DNA of 64,000 nt from an uncultured Acidobacteriota bacterium. GTDB taxonomy: Bacteria; Acidobacteriota; Vicinamibacteria; Fen-336. The stretch is from positions 2,243,256 through 2,307,255 of the forward strand of contig CAVOPG010000002.1 in NCBI GenBank assembly GCA_963697835.1. The letters run 5' to 3'. Made by a program: the position numbers and the translations under genes. Below the pieces are notes generated by a model, which had not been told where the DNA came from, did no database searches, and saw nothing but the letters and a program-made list of their open reading frames with translations. Below are positions 17,705-27,954 of this stretch, piece after piece; position 1 is the stretch's first letter, and the number at the start of each line of letters is the position of its first letter.

Positions 17705-18817
17705 ATGGACACAAGACCCGCCGGCGAGCGGCTCCTCTCCCTCGACGCCTTCCGCGGCGCCACGATCGCCGGGATGATCCTCGTCAACAACTCCGGCGAC
17801 TACCCGAACACCTGGTGGCCGCTCCTGCACCAGCCGTGGCACGGGTGGACGCCCACGGATCTCATCTTCCCGTTCTTCCTCTGGATGGCCGGGATGTCGC
17901 TGGTCTTCTCCCACCGGATCGGCTTCCGGGCCGCCCTTTGGCGTTCGGTCAAGCTCGTCCTCCTCGGCCTCCTCGTCAACTTCACGACCGGCGGCTTCAC
18001 GCTGCCCCTGCGGTGGGGCGGCGTCCTGCAGCGCATCGGCCTCTGCTATCTCGCCGCCTGGGCGGCGAAGCGCTGGCTCGGCTCCCGCGGCCAGGCCGTC
18101 CTCGCCGCCGGCTTGCTCGTCGGCTACTGGGCCGTGATGACCCGCGTCGTCGGCCCCGAGGGGTTCGCTCCCAACCTGGAGCCGCAGACGAACCTCTCCG
18201 CACAGGTGGATCGGATCGTGCTGAGCGGGCACCTCTACCGGTGGACGAAGACGTGGGACCCGGAGGGTGTCCTCTCCACGTTCCCCGCGATCGCGACAGC
18301 GCTCCTCGGCCTTCTCACCGGCGCGTGGCTGCGCTCGGGCCGCGAGCCGCGGCCGAAGGCCACGGGCTTCGTCGCGGGCGGGCTCGCCCTCTTCGTGCTC
18401 GGCGTCTTGTGGGGCGAGGCGGCGCCGCCCTGGCTCGTGTTCCCCGTCAACAAGAACCTCTGGAGCCCGTCGTTCGTGCTCCTGACCGGTGGTCTGGCAG
18501 CGGCGCTCTTCGGGCTGACGTGGTGGCTCGTGGACGTTCGAGGCCTGCGCGCCTGGACGGGCCCGTTCGTCACGTACGGAAAGAACGCGATCGCCGTCTA
18601 CGTGGGGTCGGAGGTGCTGTCGGGCGCCTGGGGCACGATCCGCTGGGCGGAGGCGAGCGGCGTCGTCAAGACCCTCCAGGAGCGCCTGCACCAGGCGCTG
18701 TTCGCGAGCTGGCTTCCGCCCACGCTCGCCGCGTTCGCCTTTGCCCTCGCGAACGTGGTCCTGTGGTGGGCCGTGGCCTGGTGGATGGACCGGCGGGGGA
18801 TCTACCTCAAGGTCTGA
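17705..18817 (+). CDS. Membrane acyltransferase, heparan-alpha-glucosaminide N-acetyltransferase-like (DUF5009/DUF1624)
   Basis: ATG 17705. RLLSLDAFRGATIAGMILVNNSGDYPNTWWPLLHQPWHGWTPTDLIFPFFLWMAGMS is the family N-terminal signature, followed by multiple hydrophobic helices. Confidence 0.75.
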   Translation: MDTRPAGERLLSLDAFRGATIAGMILVNNSGDYPNTWWPLLHQPWHGWTPTDLIFPFFLWMAGMSLVFSHRIGFRAALWRSVKLVLLGLLVNFTTGGFTLPLRWGGVLQRIGLCYLAAWAAKRWLGSRGQAVLAAGLLVGYWAVMTRVVGPEGFAPNLEPQTNLSAQVDRIVLSGHLYRWTKTWDPEGVLSTFPAIATALLGLLTGAWLRSGREPRPKATGFVAGGLALFVLGVLWGEAAPPWLVFPVNKNLWSPSFVLLTGGLAAALFGLTWWLVDVRGLRAWTGPFVTYGKNAIAVYVGSEVLSGAWGTIRWAEASGVVKTLQERLHQALFASWLPPTLAAFAFALANVVLWWAVAWWMDRRGIYLKV

Positions 18818-18827
18818 AGCCCGGAGC

Positions 18828-21800
18828 CTACGGCACCGGCTGCAGGGGCCGCGGCGGGATCGGCGGGGCCGGCGCCAGGTCCCGCGGGTCCTTCGCGATC
18901 TCCTTCAGCAGGAGGTCGATCGCGTAGTCGAGCTGCCCGTCCTTGCCACCCAGGAAGCCGTCGGGCCCGAGGTCGAGGGGGACGTCGGGGTCGACGCCGT
19001 GGCCTTCGATGATCCAGACCTTGCCCTTCGGGTCCCAGCCGCCGAACTCGGGCTGGGTGATCATCCCCCCGTCGCGCAGCGGCTTGTCCCCGCGGATGCC
19101 CACCCAGCCGCCCCAGGTGCGGGTGCCGATCACCGGCCCCAGCTTGAACTCCTTGAAGCCCAGGGCGAAGGTCTCGCAGTCGCTGCCGCCCTGCCGGTTG
19201 ATCAGGGTCGCCATGTGGCCGTGGAAGGCGCGCGAAGGGGTCGTGTCCAATGGGCCGCCGTGACGCGTCCCCCCGACGGCCAGGATCTTCCGGTCGAGGT
19301 GGGCCAGGATCATCGGGGCCACGAAGCCGCCGTGGTTCCAGCGGTCGTCCATGATCAGCCCGCGCTTTCCCCACTGCGGCGGGTAGTCGCGCGCGAACTG
19401 CTGCAGGCCCCGGCCCCCCATGTCGTAGAGGTGGATGTAGCCGATCTGCCCGTTGCTCTTCCGGTCCACGTACTCGCGGGTCTCGCGGATCCAGCTCGCG
19501 TACCGGATCGGTGTGTCGTTGTCGACCGTCTTGACCACCACCCGGCGCGCGCCCGCCAGCGTCGGCGTGTCGGAGATCGACAGCTCGACCTCCTGGCCGG
19601 CGCGGTTGGCCAGGCGCACCAGGTAGTCCTCGCCCTTCGCGAGGGGCTTGCCGTCGATCGCCACCAGCCACTGGCCGGGCTTGATGCGCAGGTCGGGCCG
19701 CGCGAGAGGCGAGCTCACCTTCGGGTCGGGGAAGTCGCCGCGGTAGATCTTCCGGATCTGCCAGAAGCCGCTCGCGGGGTCGTAGCTCGAGGTCGGCGGC
19801 GAGGAGGCCCGTGCCCACCGGCTTGCCGCGCCGCACGTCGCCGCCCCCCTGGTAGGCGTGGCCGACGTTCAGCTCCCCGAACATCTCACCCAGCATGTCC
19901 GCGAGGTCGTCGCGCGAGGAGATGCGGTCGGCCAGGGGGCCGTACTGCTTCCACACGCCGTCCCAGTCCACGCCGTGCATCTTGGGGTCGTAGAAGAAGT
20001 CGCGCTGCAGACGCCAGGCCTCGTGCAGCATCTGCTTCCACTCGTCGCGCGGGACGACGCTGAGGGCCCAGCCGGAGAGGTCGACCTTCGCCTCCTTCGC
20101 CGCGTCGTCCTTGGGCGCTTCCGTCGCCCCCGCCTCCACCCGGGTGAAGCCGTCCTTCGTCCGATAGACGAGGACCTTGCCGTCCATCGAGACCTCGTAG
20201 CTCCGCACGCCGGAGGCCAGGGTCGAGAGCTTCTCCTTCTCCAGGTCGTAGGTCAGAAGGTCCCCGCCGGGGTCGTCGTCCGGCTCGTCGCCCGGCGGCA
20301 TCATGCCGCGGTTGACGGACCTCGACCAGTGGAGCTTGCCTTCGACCGCCCGCAGGTCGTCGTAGTTCCCGGGTGCCACGGGCACCTGGACGACACGGTC
20401 CGCCAGGCCCTCGAAGTCGATCCGGATCGGCTCGACCTTCTCCTCCGCCTTCGCGGCAGCCGCTTTCGCCTCGGGCGCCTTCGAGTCCTTCGTCTTCGCC
20501 TCACCGGCCTTCTCGTCCTTCTTGTCCTCGGGCTTCGCCGGATCCACGTCGCCGCGGGGCGCGAAGGGCAGCGCCCCGTCCGCCTGCAGCGCAACCACGA
20601 AGGGCAGCGTCGCCTCGTTCACGATGAAGCGGGCCTCGAAGACGTCCAGGAAGGGGTTGATGGCGCGCTCAGAGAGGAAGAACAGGTACTTGCCCTTCGG
20701 GTCCCAGGCGGACCGGAAGGAGTCGTAGGCCGGGTCCGTGACCGGGTACGCCTTCTTGGCCGGCGCGTCCCAGATCCGCACCTGGGCGAAGAGGCTGGGG
20801 AGGAGCACGTCGTAGGCGAGGTAGCGGCTGTCGGGCGACCAGGAGTAGCGCCGGATCTCCCACTCGCTGCTGTCGACGAGAGCGCTCGCGCCGGTGGCCA
20901 CGTCGGTCACGTACAGCTTGTGCTTCTCGTCGCCCCACGCGATCGACCGGCCGTCCGGCGACCAGGCGGGCGCGAAGTGCCAGCCGGGCGCGACCCTGCC
21001 GAGCGTCCTCGGCGGTGTGCCGTTGTCCGCGGCGTGGAGGACCAGCTGCTCCTCGCCTTCCACCTCGGTCCAGGCGGCGATCGTCTTCCCGTCCGGCGAG
21101 AAGGCCGGAAACCGCGTCCGCGCGAGGCTCGTCTCGGTGATGCGGCGGATCAGGCCCTTCTTCCACGTGCGGGCCACGAACACGTCGCCCCGCGTCTCGA
21201 GCACGATCCTCGCCCCGTCCTTCGAGAGCCCCCACCCCCGCAGGTTGGCGTTCGGGTCCACGAATCTCTCCCGCACCTGCAGCCGGTCGCTGGGCAGCTC
21301 CACCTTCAGCTGCTCGTTGCGGCCCGAGGCGAGGTCGTAGCTCCACAGGTCCATCTTGTGCTGGTAGACGATCTGCCCGTCTCCCATCGACGGCCACCGC
21401 ACGTCGTAGTCCTCGAAGCGGGTCAGCCGCCGCACGTCGCTCCCGTCGGGCAGCATCGACGCGAGGTTCGGGCGTCCCCAGCGGTCGGTGACGAAGTAGA
21501 TGCGCCCGTCCGGGGCCCACATCGGAAAGGCGTCCTTGCCGTCGTACTTCGTGACCTCGGCGAAGGCCAGCGGGGAGAGGGTGCCGACCCAGATGTCCTC
21601 GGCCTCGCCGCCCTTGTAGCGCTTCCAGTTGTGGAACTCGAGCCCGATCTTCTGCAGGGCCAGGCGCGAGCCGCCGGGCTCGAAGCTCACCCAGGCCGCG
21701 GGCTCGAGGGGGATCATGCGGGGAACCCCGCCCGTGGGCGGGATCGTGTAGACGCGGTAGTCGCCGTGCGGGTGGTTCCGCCGGCTGCGGAAGAGCACCT

Positions 21801-22191
21801 GGCCGTCGGCGGTCCACCCCAGGGCCTGGTCGGACGCGGGGTGGAACGTGAGGCGCCGGGGCTCCCCGCCGCTCGCCGGGATGACGTACACCTCGTCGTT
21901 CCCCTCGTACTGCGCGGTGAAGGCGATCTGTCTCCCGTCCGGCGAGATCCTCGGGAAGCGCTCCTCGCCCTCGTGCGTGGTCAGGCGCAGGGCCACGCCG
22001 CCCTGGGCCGGGACGCGCCACAAGTCGCCCTCCGACGCGAAGACGATCGTCCCGCCGCCGATCGACGGGTAGCGGTAGAAGCCGTCCGGCGGCGCGGTCC
22101 CCGGGGCCGGCGGCTCCGCCGCGACGGCGGCGGAGGCGAGGGCGGCGAGGAGGCCGACGAGCGCGGCAGCGGAACGGCGGGCGACACGCAT
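18828..22191 (-). pseudogene. Tricorn protease homolog (S41-type C-terminal domain plus beta-propellers plus PDZ), single frame change
   Basis: The N-terminal 800 aa in ORF 18802..22191 read YRYPSIGGGTIVFASEGDLWRVPAQGG...YQGGGDVRRGKPVGTGLLAADLE. The protein continues in ORF 18828..19718 (YDPASGFWQIRKIYRGDFPDPKVSSPLARPDLRIKPGQWLVAIDGKPL...NHGGFVAPMIL...). The junction is at about 19786 (gag-c-tac) and behaves as +1. Confidence 0.85.
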
Positions 22192-22278
22192 GTTTCCTCC
22201 CTGTCTTTGACGCGGATCCCGGGAGTTCTACGCTCTCCGCGCGGACGGCGCAACCGTTCAACGCGTTGGACCTGACGG

Positions 22279-24462
22279 CTACTCGATGCCCATCTCCCGG
22301 ATGAGGTGCGCGGCGCCGTCCACCTCCGCCATGACCCACAGCATGTACCGCACGTCCGCGTGGATCGAGCGGGTGTTCACGGTGTCGAACAGGAAGTCCG
22401 ACGCGATCGTGTCGTAGGTGCCGTCGAAGAGCAGGCCGACGAACTCGCCCTTGCCGTTGAGGGTCGGCGAGCCGGAGTTCCCGCCGGTCGTGTCCACGGT
22501 GGAGAGGAAGTCGGTCGGCACGTCGCCGAGCGCCGGGCTCGCGTACGGGGTCTGCTTCCCGGCGCGAAGGGCCTTGATCGCCTCGAGCTCGCGGGCGGGG
22601 GCGTTGAACTCGCCCTCGCCGGTCGCCTTCTGCTCGACGCCCTTGAGCGTGGTGAACGCCGTCCACTGGATTCCGTCCGGGCCGGGCTTGCTCTTCACGG
22701 TCCCGAATGTGACCCGCAGCGTGCTGTTCGCGTCGGGCGCCACCAGGCCGCCCGACTTCGCGAGGAGGGCCTGCATGTAGCGCGGCCGTATCCGGGTCGA
22801 GGCACCCTGGCGCCGCCTGGTCGCCTCGCGGTTGGCCTGGTAGAGCGGGTCGAGGCCGAGCGCGAGGTCCACCATCGGGTCCTTCGTGGCGGCGATCTCG
22901 GCCGTCGCCTGGCCGAGGAGGCCCAGGCGGAAGTCCTTGTCGGCCATCTTCGTCCCCCCGAGCAGCTTCTCCAGGTAGTCGGAGATCGCCCGGTCGGAGT
23001 CGGTCTTCGTCATCCCGGGGGTGAGGCCCACGAGCTTGTCGAGGCCGGTGATCCGCTGGTCGGCGGGGAGCGCCGCCGCGTAGCCCATCGCCCAGCGCAG
23101 GAGCGCCTTGTCGATCCGGGCGTCGATCGTGCGCTGCGCCCGCTCCTGGCCCTCGCGGATCCGGGTCCAGTTGCGCTCCTGGTACTCGGGCTCGCGGTCC
23201 ATGTCGTTCTTCTTCTCCCTCTCCACGGAGAGGAGGTGGGCCGAGTGGGCCGCGTTCAGCATCGAGGACGACATGAAGAGGCCGTTGAACGTCGCGTCGC
23301 GCTCGCGGGTCTTCTCGGCCTCGGCCTGCAGCGCGGCTAGGGCCGGAAGCACGTCTCCGTACTCCTTCTGGCGGGCGGGGTCCGCGGCGATCCAGGCAGC
23401 GAGCTCCCTCTCGTTCTGCTCCTTCTCGGCGAGGATGCCGCCCTTCACCAGGCCCTCGAGCTGGCCCTTCCGGTTGGTGAGCGAGTTGTTGAGGCCGCGC
23501 AGGCGCCCGGCCGCCTTGATCTGCAGCTCCTTGTCGGTCTTCCCCAGGGCCTCGAGTATGGCGATCTGCTCCTCGGCGGCCTTGATGAACCGGGGGAAGC
23601 TCCACTCCGTCGTGTCCCTCACCTCGGCGTAGGTCTGGTGGCGCTGGGTCCGTCCGGGGTACCCGACCACGAAGACGAGGTCCCCATCCTTCAGCCCCGC
23701 GGGTTGGACGGGGAGCCAGCGCGTCGGCTTGTACGGGACGTTCTCCTTCGAGAAGCTCGCCGGCTTGCCGTCCTTGCCGACGTACGCGCGGTAGAAGGAC
23801 CAGTCGCCGGTGTGCCGCGGCCAGCGCCAGTTGTCGGTCTCGCCTCCGAAGTTGCCGATCCCGGCCGGCGGGGCGTAGACGAGGCGGACGTCCTGGATCT
23901 CGAGCTGCGCGATCTCGAAGTAACGAAGGCCGCCGAAGAAGGCGTTGACGGCGCAGCGGTAGCCGCCGGCCTCGCAGGCCGCGACGCGCTCCTTGGTGCG
24001 CCGCTCGACGACGTCGAAGCGCTTGCGGTCGTCGAGCTTCGAGTCGATCTTCGCAGTGATCGCGTCGGTCACCTCCTTCACGGAGACGGTGACGAACACG
24101 CGGGAGCCCGGGCCGTTGGAGAGCTCCTCCTCGCGCGTCTTCGCGAGGTAGCCGTCCACCAGGAGGTTCTTCTGCGGCGTCGAGTTGTACTGCAGCGACC
24201 CCTGCACGCAGTGGTGGTTGGTCGCGATGAGGCCCTCGGGCGAAACGAAGGAGGCGGTGCAGCCGCCGAGCGACACGATCGCGCCCATCGGCTGGCCCGT
24301 GAGGTCGGCGAAGGCCGCGGGGTCGCCCTCGAAGCCCATCGCCCTTAGCTTCTGCGCGAGGTCGGGGATCTGCTGCGGCATCCACATCCCCTCGTCGGCG
24401 GCGAGGGGCAGCGCGCCGACGACGAGCGCCGCGAGCAAGAGGAGGCGGGCAAGGGTCTTCAT
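22279..24462 (-). CDS. Peptidase S46 (dipeptidyl-peptidase 7/11 family)
   Basis: Intact 727 aa. The signal peptide is followed by the hallmark DEGMWMP. The His region reads ATNHHC and the catalytic Ser region reads TTGGNSGSPTLN. RBS AGGAGA. Confidence 0.9.
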   Translation of the reverse strand: MKTLARLLLLAALVVGALPLAADEGMWMPQQIPDLAQKLRAMGFEGDPAAFADLTGQPMGAIVSLGGCTASFVSPEGLIATNHHCVQGSLQYNSTPQKNLLVDGYLAKTREEELSNGPGSRVFVTVSVKEVTDAITAKIDSKLDDRKRFDVVERRTKERVAACEAGGYRCAVNAFFGGLRYFEIAQLEIQDVRLVYAPPAGIGNFGGETDNWRWPRHTGDWSFYRAYVGKDGKPASFSKENVPYKPTRWLPVQPAGLKDGDLVFVVGYPGRTQRHQTYAEVRDTTEWSFPRFIKAAEEQIAILEALGKTDKELQIKAAGRLRGLNNSLTNRKGQLEGLVKGGILAEKEQNERELAAWIAADPARQKEYGDVLPALAALQAEAEKTRERDATFNGLFMSSSMLNAAHSAHLLSVEREKKNDMDREPEYQERNWTRIREGQERAQRTIDARIDKALLRWAMGYAAALPADQRITGLDKLVGLTPGMTKTDSDRAISDYLEKLLGGTKMADKDFRLGLLGQATAEIAATKDPMVDLALGLDPLYQANREATRRRQGASTRIRPRYMQALLAKSGGLVAPDANSTLRVTFGTVKSKPGPDGIQWTAFTTLKGVEQKATGEGEFNAPARELEAIKALRAGKQTPYASPALGDVPTDFLSTVDTTGGNSGSPTLNGKGEFVGLLFDGTYDTIASDFLFDTVNTRSIHADVRYMLWVMAEVDGAAHLIREMGIE

Positions 24463-24634
24463 GAGGTCTCCTGGAATGCGTCCGCCCGGGCGGGCGGAAC
24501 CCGGCCAAGGATAGCCGACCCGGGCCGGACTGCCGGTGGTGCGAACGCACTAGACCGAACGGACGGTTCGCGCTGGCCTCGCTCCCGCGCCTGCGTTAAG
24601 GTAGCGCCCTCGGTTGTCGGGCAGGAGTGCATTC

Positions 24635-25096
24635 ATGAGGAACCTTCGATCGGGACTCTGGGGGGCGGCGGGCCTTGCCGTCCTGGCGCTCGTGACGTCG
24701 GGCTGCGCCGTCAAGGCCCCCATCCTGGCCGTGGACGGCCTGAAGGTCGGGGACATGGGCATCACGGGAGTCGCCCTCGACGTGCGCTTCCGGGTGCGGA
24801 ATCCCAACCCGGAGCCGCTCAACATCGACCGGATGGAGTACGAGCTGTTCGTGAACGGCAACCGGCTCGGGCGGGGATTCGACTCCAAGGGGCTCCCGCT
24901 CGCCGGCTTCGGCGAGGGCACGGTGCAGAGCCGGGTCGACGTGAACTTCCTGGCCCTGCCCGGCGCCATCAAGGACGTGCTGCACCAGGACCGGGTGAAG
25001 GCGCGCGTCAAGGGGCACTTCTACACGTCGGGCCACTACGGCGACAAACGCCTCGGGTTCGACGCCGACGCGGACGTCAACCTGCACGACCGCTGA
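24635..25096 (+). CDS. LEA type 2 / WHy-domain lipoprotein
   Basis: ATG 24635 follows CAGGAG. The lipobox is LALVTSGC. The body (GITGVALDVRFRVRNPNPEPLNIDRMEYELFVNGNRLG) is typical of LEA_2. Confidence 0.7.
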   Translation: MRNLRSGLWGAAGLAVLALVTSGCAVKAPILAVDGLKVGDMGITGVALDVRFRVRNPNPEPLNIDRMEYELFVNGNRLGRGFDSKGLPLAGFGEGTVQSRVDVNFLALPGAIKDVLHQDRVKARVKGHFYTSGHYGDKRLGFDADADVNLHDR

Positions 25097-26559
25097 TGCG
25101 CGCCCCGCTGGCGGTCATCGGAGCGGCCCTGCTCGCCGCCGCCACCCCCTCGGCGCCGGCCGCCGACGAGGGCTGGACGTCTCTCTTCGACGGGCGGTCC
25201 CTCGCCGGCTGGAGGGCCTCCGAGAGCCCGGCCTCGTTCAGCGTCGTGGACGGTGCCATCGCCTGCGACGGGCCGCGGGCTCACCTCTTCTATGTGGGGC
25301 CGGACGGCAAGGCCTCGTTCGAGAACTTCGAGGCCGAGGTGGAGGTCAAGGCCCGGGCCGGGGCCAACTCCGGCTTCTACTTCCACACGGCCTTCCAGGA
25401 GAAGGACTGGCCGGCCCAGGGCTTCGAGGTCCAGGTCGACAACTCGCAGAAGCGTCACGGGGACTACCTCGAGAACAAGATGACCGGCAGCCTCTACGGC
25501 ATCCGGAACGTCTACAAAGCGATGGCGAAGGACGACGAGTGGTTCACGCTCCACGTCACCGTCCGGAGGCCGCGGGTCGAGATCCGGGTGAACGGCACTC
25601 TCGTCGTGAGCTGGATCGAGCCGCCCGGACCGCTGCCGGAAGGCGCTCCGAAGTTGAACCGCCTCGGCCGCGGCACGTTCGCCCTGCAGTGCCACGACCC
25701 GGAGAGCAAGGTCTTCTACCGGAACCTGCGGGTGAAGCCCCTGCCGAGCCCTCCTGCGGTCGCGGCCCCCATGCCCCTCGTGGACGCGCGGTACGCGCAG
25801 ATGCTCGCCCTCGGCCGCGACAACTTCCCGCTCGTGGACCTGCACGCCCACCTCAAGGGCGGACTCACGCTCGAGCAGGCGCTGGCGCTGTCCCGGGGCA
25901 CCGGCATGTTCCTCGGCCTCGCCGTGAACTGCGGCAAGGGCTTCCCCATCGAGACCGACGCCGGGGCCCTCGAGTTCCTGAAGACGATGGAGGGCCAGCC
26001 GGCCTTCGTCGGCATGCAGGCCGAGGGACGCGAGTGGGTCACGATGTTCTCGAAGGAGACGCGGGCGAAGTTCGACTACGTCTTCACCGACGGGATGACC
26101 TGGACGAACCCCGCCGGCAAGCGCATGCGCCTGTGGATGCCCGACGAGGTCGAGATCGGCCCCGATGAGCAGGCCTTCATGGATCTCCTCGTCTCGAAGA
26201 TCGTCGGCATCCTCGAGACGGAGCCCATCGACATCTACGTCAACCCGACGTTCCTGCCGGCGGTCATCGCCCCGAGATACGACGCGCTCTGGACCGAGGA
26301 GCGGATGGCCCGCGTGATCGATGCCGCGGTGAAGAACGGCGTCGCGATCGAGATCAACGCCCGGTACAAGCTCCCGAGCGAGGCCTTCCTGCGCCTCGCC
26401 AAGGCGAGGGGGGCGAAGTTCACGTTCGGGACGAACAACGGCGGGGCGGACGACCTCGGCGACTGGTCCTACCCGCTCGAGATGCAGAGAAAGCTCGAGC
26501 TGAAGTGGCAGGACATGTTCGTGCCCGGCCACCAGCCGAGCCGCGCGAACCGGGAGTAG
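25096..26559 (+). CDS. Fusion protein: DUF1080 (3-keto-disaccharide hydrolase-like jelly roll) plus PHP/amidohydrolase-like metal-dependent hydrolase domain
   Basis: The start overlaps the upstream stop (TGATG). After the signal peptide come GWTSLFDGRSLAGWR...NSGFYFH...FALQCHDPESKVFYRNLRVKPL (DUF1080). Next come PLVDLHAHLKGGLT...VAIEINARYKLPS (PHP-like). Confidence 0.75.
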   Translation: MRAPLAVIGAALLAAATPSAPAADEGWTSLFDGRSLAGWRASESPASFSVVDGAIACDGPRAHLFYVGPDGKASFENFEAEVEVKARAGANSGFYFHTAFQEKDWPAQGFEVQVDNSQKRHGDYLENKMTGSLYGIRNVYKAMAKDDEWFTLHVTVRRPRVEIRVNGTLVVSWIEPPGPLPEGAPKLNRLGRGTFALQCHDPESKVFYRNLRVKPLPSPPAVAAPMPLVDARYAQMLALGRDNFPLVDLHAHLKGGLTLEQALALSRGTGMFLGLAVNCGKGFPIETDAGALEFLKTMEGQPAFVGMQAEGREWVTMFSKETRAKFDYVFTDGMTWTNPAGKRMRLWMPDEVEIGPDEQAFMDLLVSKIVGILETEPIDIYVNPTFLPAVIAPRYDALWTEERMARVIDAAVKNGVAIEINARYKLPSEAFLRLAKARGAKFTFGTNNGGADDLGDWSYPLEMQRKLELKWQDMFVPGHQPSRANRE

Positions 26560-26566
26560 CCCGGCG

Positions 26567-27603
26567 GTGCGCGTCGCGTCTCTCCTCGTCGCGCTGCTGC
26601 TCGTCGCGCCCGGGACGGCCCGGCGGCGAACGGACAGCCCGCTCGATCACCTGCCGTCGGGCGTCGAGGTCCTGACCCGCTTCGGCGAGCGGGCCGACAT
26701 CTCCCCCGACAACCGGCGCGTCGCCTTCATGGCCAAGAGCTTCGGGGACGCGTTCGAGATCGACCTCGAGACACGGGCGATCCGCTGCCTGACGTGCAAC
26801 GTCCCGGGGGCGGCGTTCCTGCGGGTCATGCACCTCGCAAGCTCGGATTACCTCCTCATCGGCCCGGAGCGGTTCGAGGACGTCGGCCGCAGCCGCTCAC
26901 GGACAACGAGCTGTGGTTCCTGAGCCGGAAACCGGGCTCGCGCCCGGTGCGGCTCGGCCGCCGGATGTCCGAGGGTGCTTCGGTCTCGAAGCGATCGACG
27001 AAGATCGCGTTCGCCGTCAACCACGCCCAGGACGCTTCGGTCCCGGAGGGCCACTCGCGGATCGTCGTGGCCGACTTCGACCCGTCGGGCGAGAAGCCCT
27101 CGCTGAAGGGAGAGCGCGTCGTTTTCACGAGCGAAGGCCCCGGTTGCAGCCTCGAGGCACAGGACTTCTTCGACGAGGACCGCAAGCTCACCTACTCCTG
27201 CTACGAGCCGGAGGGAAGGGCGAGCGCCTGGACGCTCGACCTCGCGACCGGAGAGCGCGTGAACCACACCGCCGCCATCGGGTTCTACAACGAGGTCGAG
27301 GGCATCTTCCCGGACGGCCAGCACGCCTGCGTGGAGAGCGACCACCAGGCCCGCGCGTACGGCGATCCGGCCGGCTTCCGCAACATCGACATCTGGAAAC
27401 TGCGCCTGGACGGGACGGGCCAGAGCTTCTCCCGCCTCACCACGTTCAACGACCACGAGGGCTGGAAAGCCTCCAACCCCGTGGTGTCCACCGACGGTCG
27501 TTTCATGGCGTTCCAGGTCGCGCGGACGGCGGACGAGGCCGGCGTCGGCTACGGCATCCTGCTGCTGCACCTCGACCGGATCCCGGAATCCCGGGGGCAC
27601 TGA
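26567..27603 (+). pseudogene. Periplasmic WD40-like (TolB/PD40-type) beta-propeller protein, single frame change
   Basis: ORF 26567..26923 (signal peptide, ISPDNRRVAFMAKSFGDAFEIDL) continues in ORF 26794..27603 (PLTDNELWFLSRKPGSRPVRL...VSTDGRFMAFQVART). The junction is near 26893 and behaves as a 1-nt deletion (or +2). Confidence 0.6.
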
Positions 27604-27660
27604 GGCGGGAAGGCACTAGCGACTGCGTCCGCGCGGGCATCAGCGACGGATCTGCTGGAG

Positions 27661-27696
27661 GGTGACGAGTCACCTACCACGATGGCCGTGTCACAC
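27661..27696. promoter_or_regulatory. Two short palindromes sharing GTGAC/GTCAC half-sites upstream of the antitoxin gene (candidate operator)
   Basis: GGTGAC-GA-GTCACC (27661-27674) and GTGTCACAC (27688-27696), 22-57 nt upstream of GTG 27718. Confidence 0.35.
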
Positions 27697-27717
27697 TAGC
27701 CTTGTGGAGCTGATGGG

Positions 27718-27954
27718 GTGCCCAAACTGACCATCACGGCCGAAGAGGACGTCCTCCGCTGGGCGCGGGGGAAGGCGGCCAAGGAGAGAACGAGTGTCGC
27801 GCGCCTGGTCGGGGACCTGCTGAGGGAACACATGCAGGCCGAGCGCGGCTATCGCGCCGCGAAGAAGCGCATCGTCGGTGCGAAGTCGCGGATCCTGAGC
27901 CGCGGCCCCTACCCATCGCGAGACGACCTTCATGACCGCTCCGGTCTTCGTTGA
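27718..27954 (+). CDS. Type II antitoxin (ribbon-helix-helix/VapB-like)
   Basis: MPKLTITAEEDVLRWARGKAAKERTSVARLVGDLLREHM... is immediately followed by an ORF that opens with a PIN N-terminus. Confidence 0.6.
   Translation: MPKLTITAEEDVLRWARGKAAKERTSVARLVGDLLREHMQAERGYRAAKKRIVGAKSRILSRGPYPSRDDLHDRSGLR

Noticed and set aside
20669-24550. 1293-aa minus-strand ORF spanning the tricorn and S46 genes.
   Set aside because: It is out of frame with both real genes. Its composition is RPGA-rich throughout, with no domain signatures. It is a shadow ORF.
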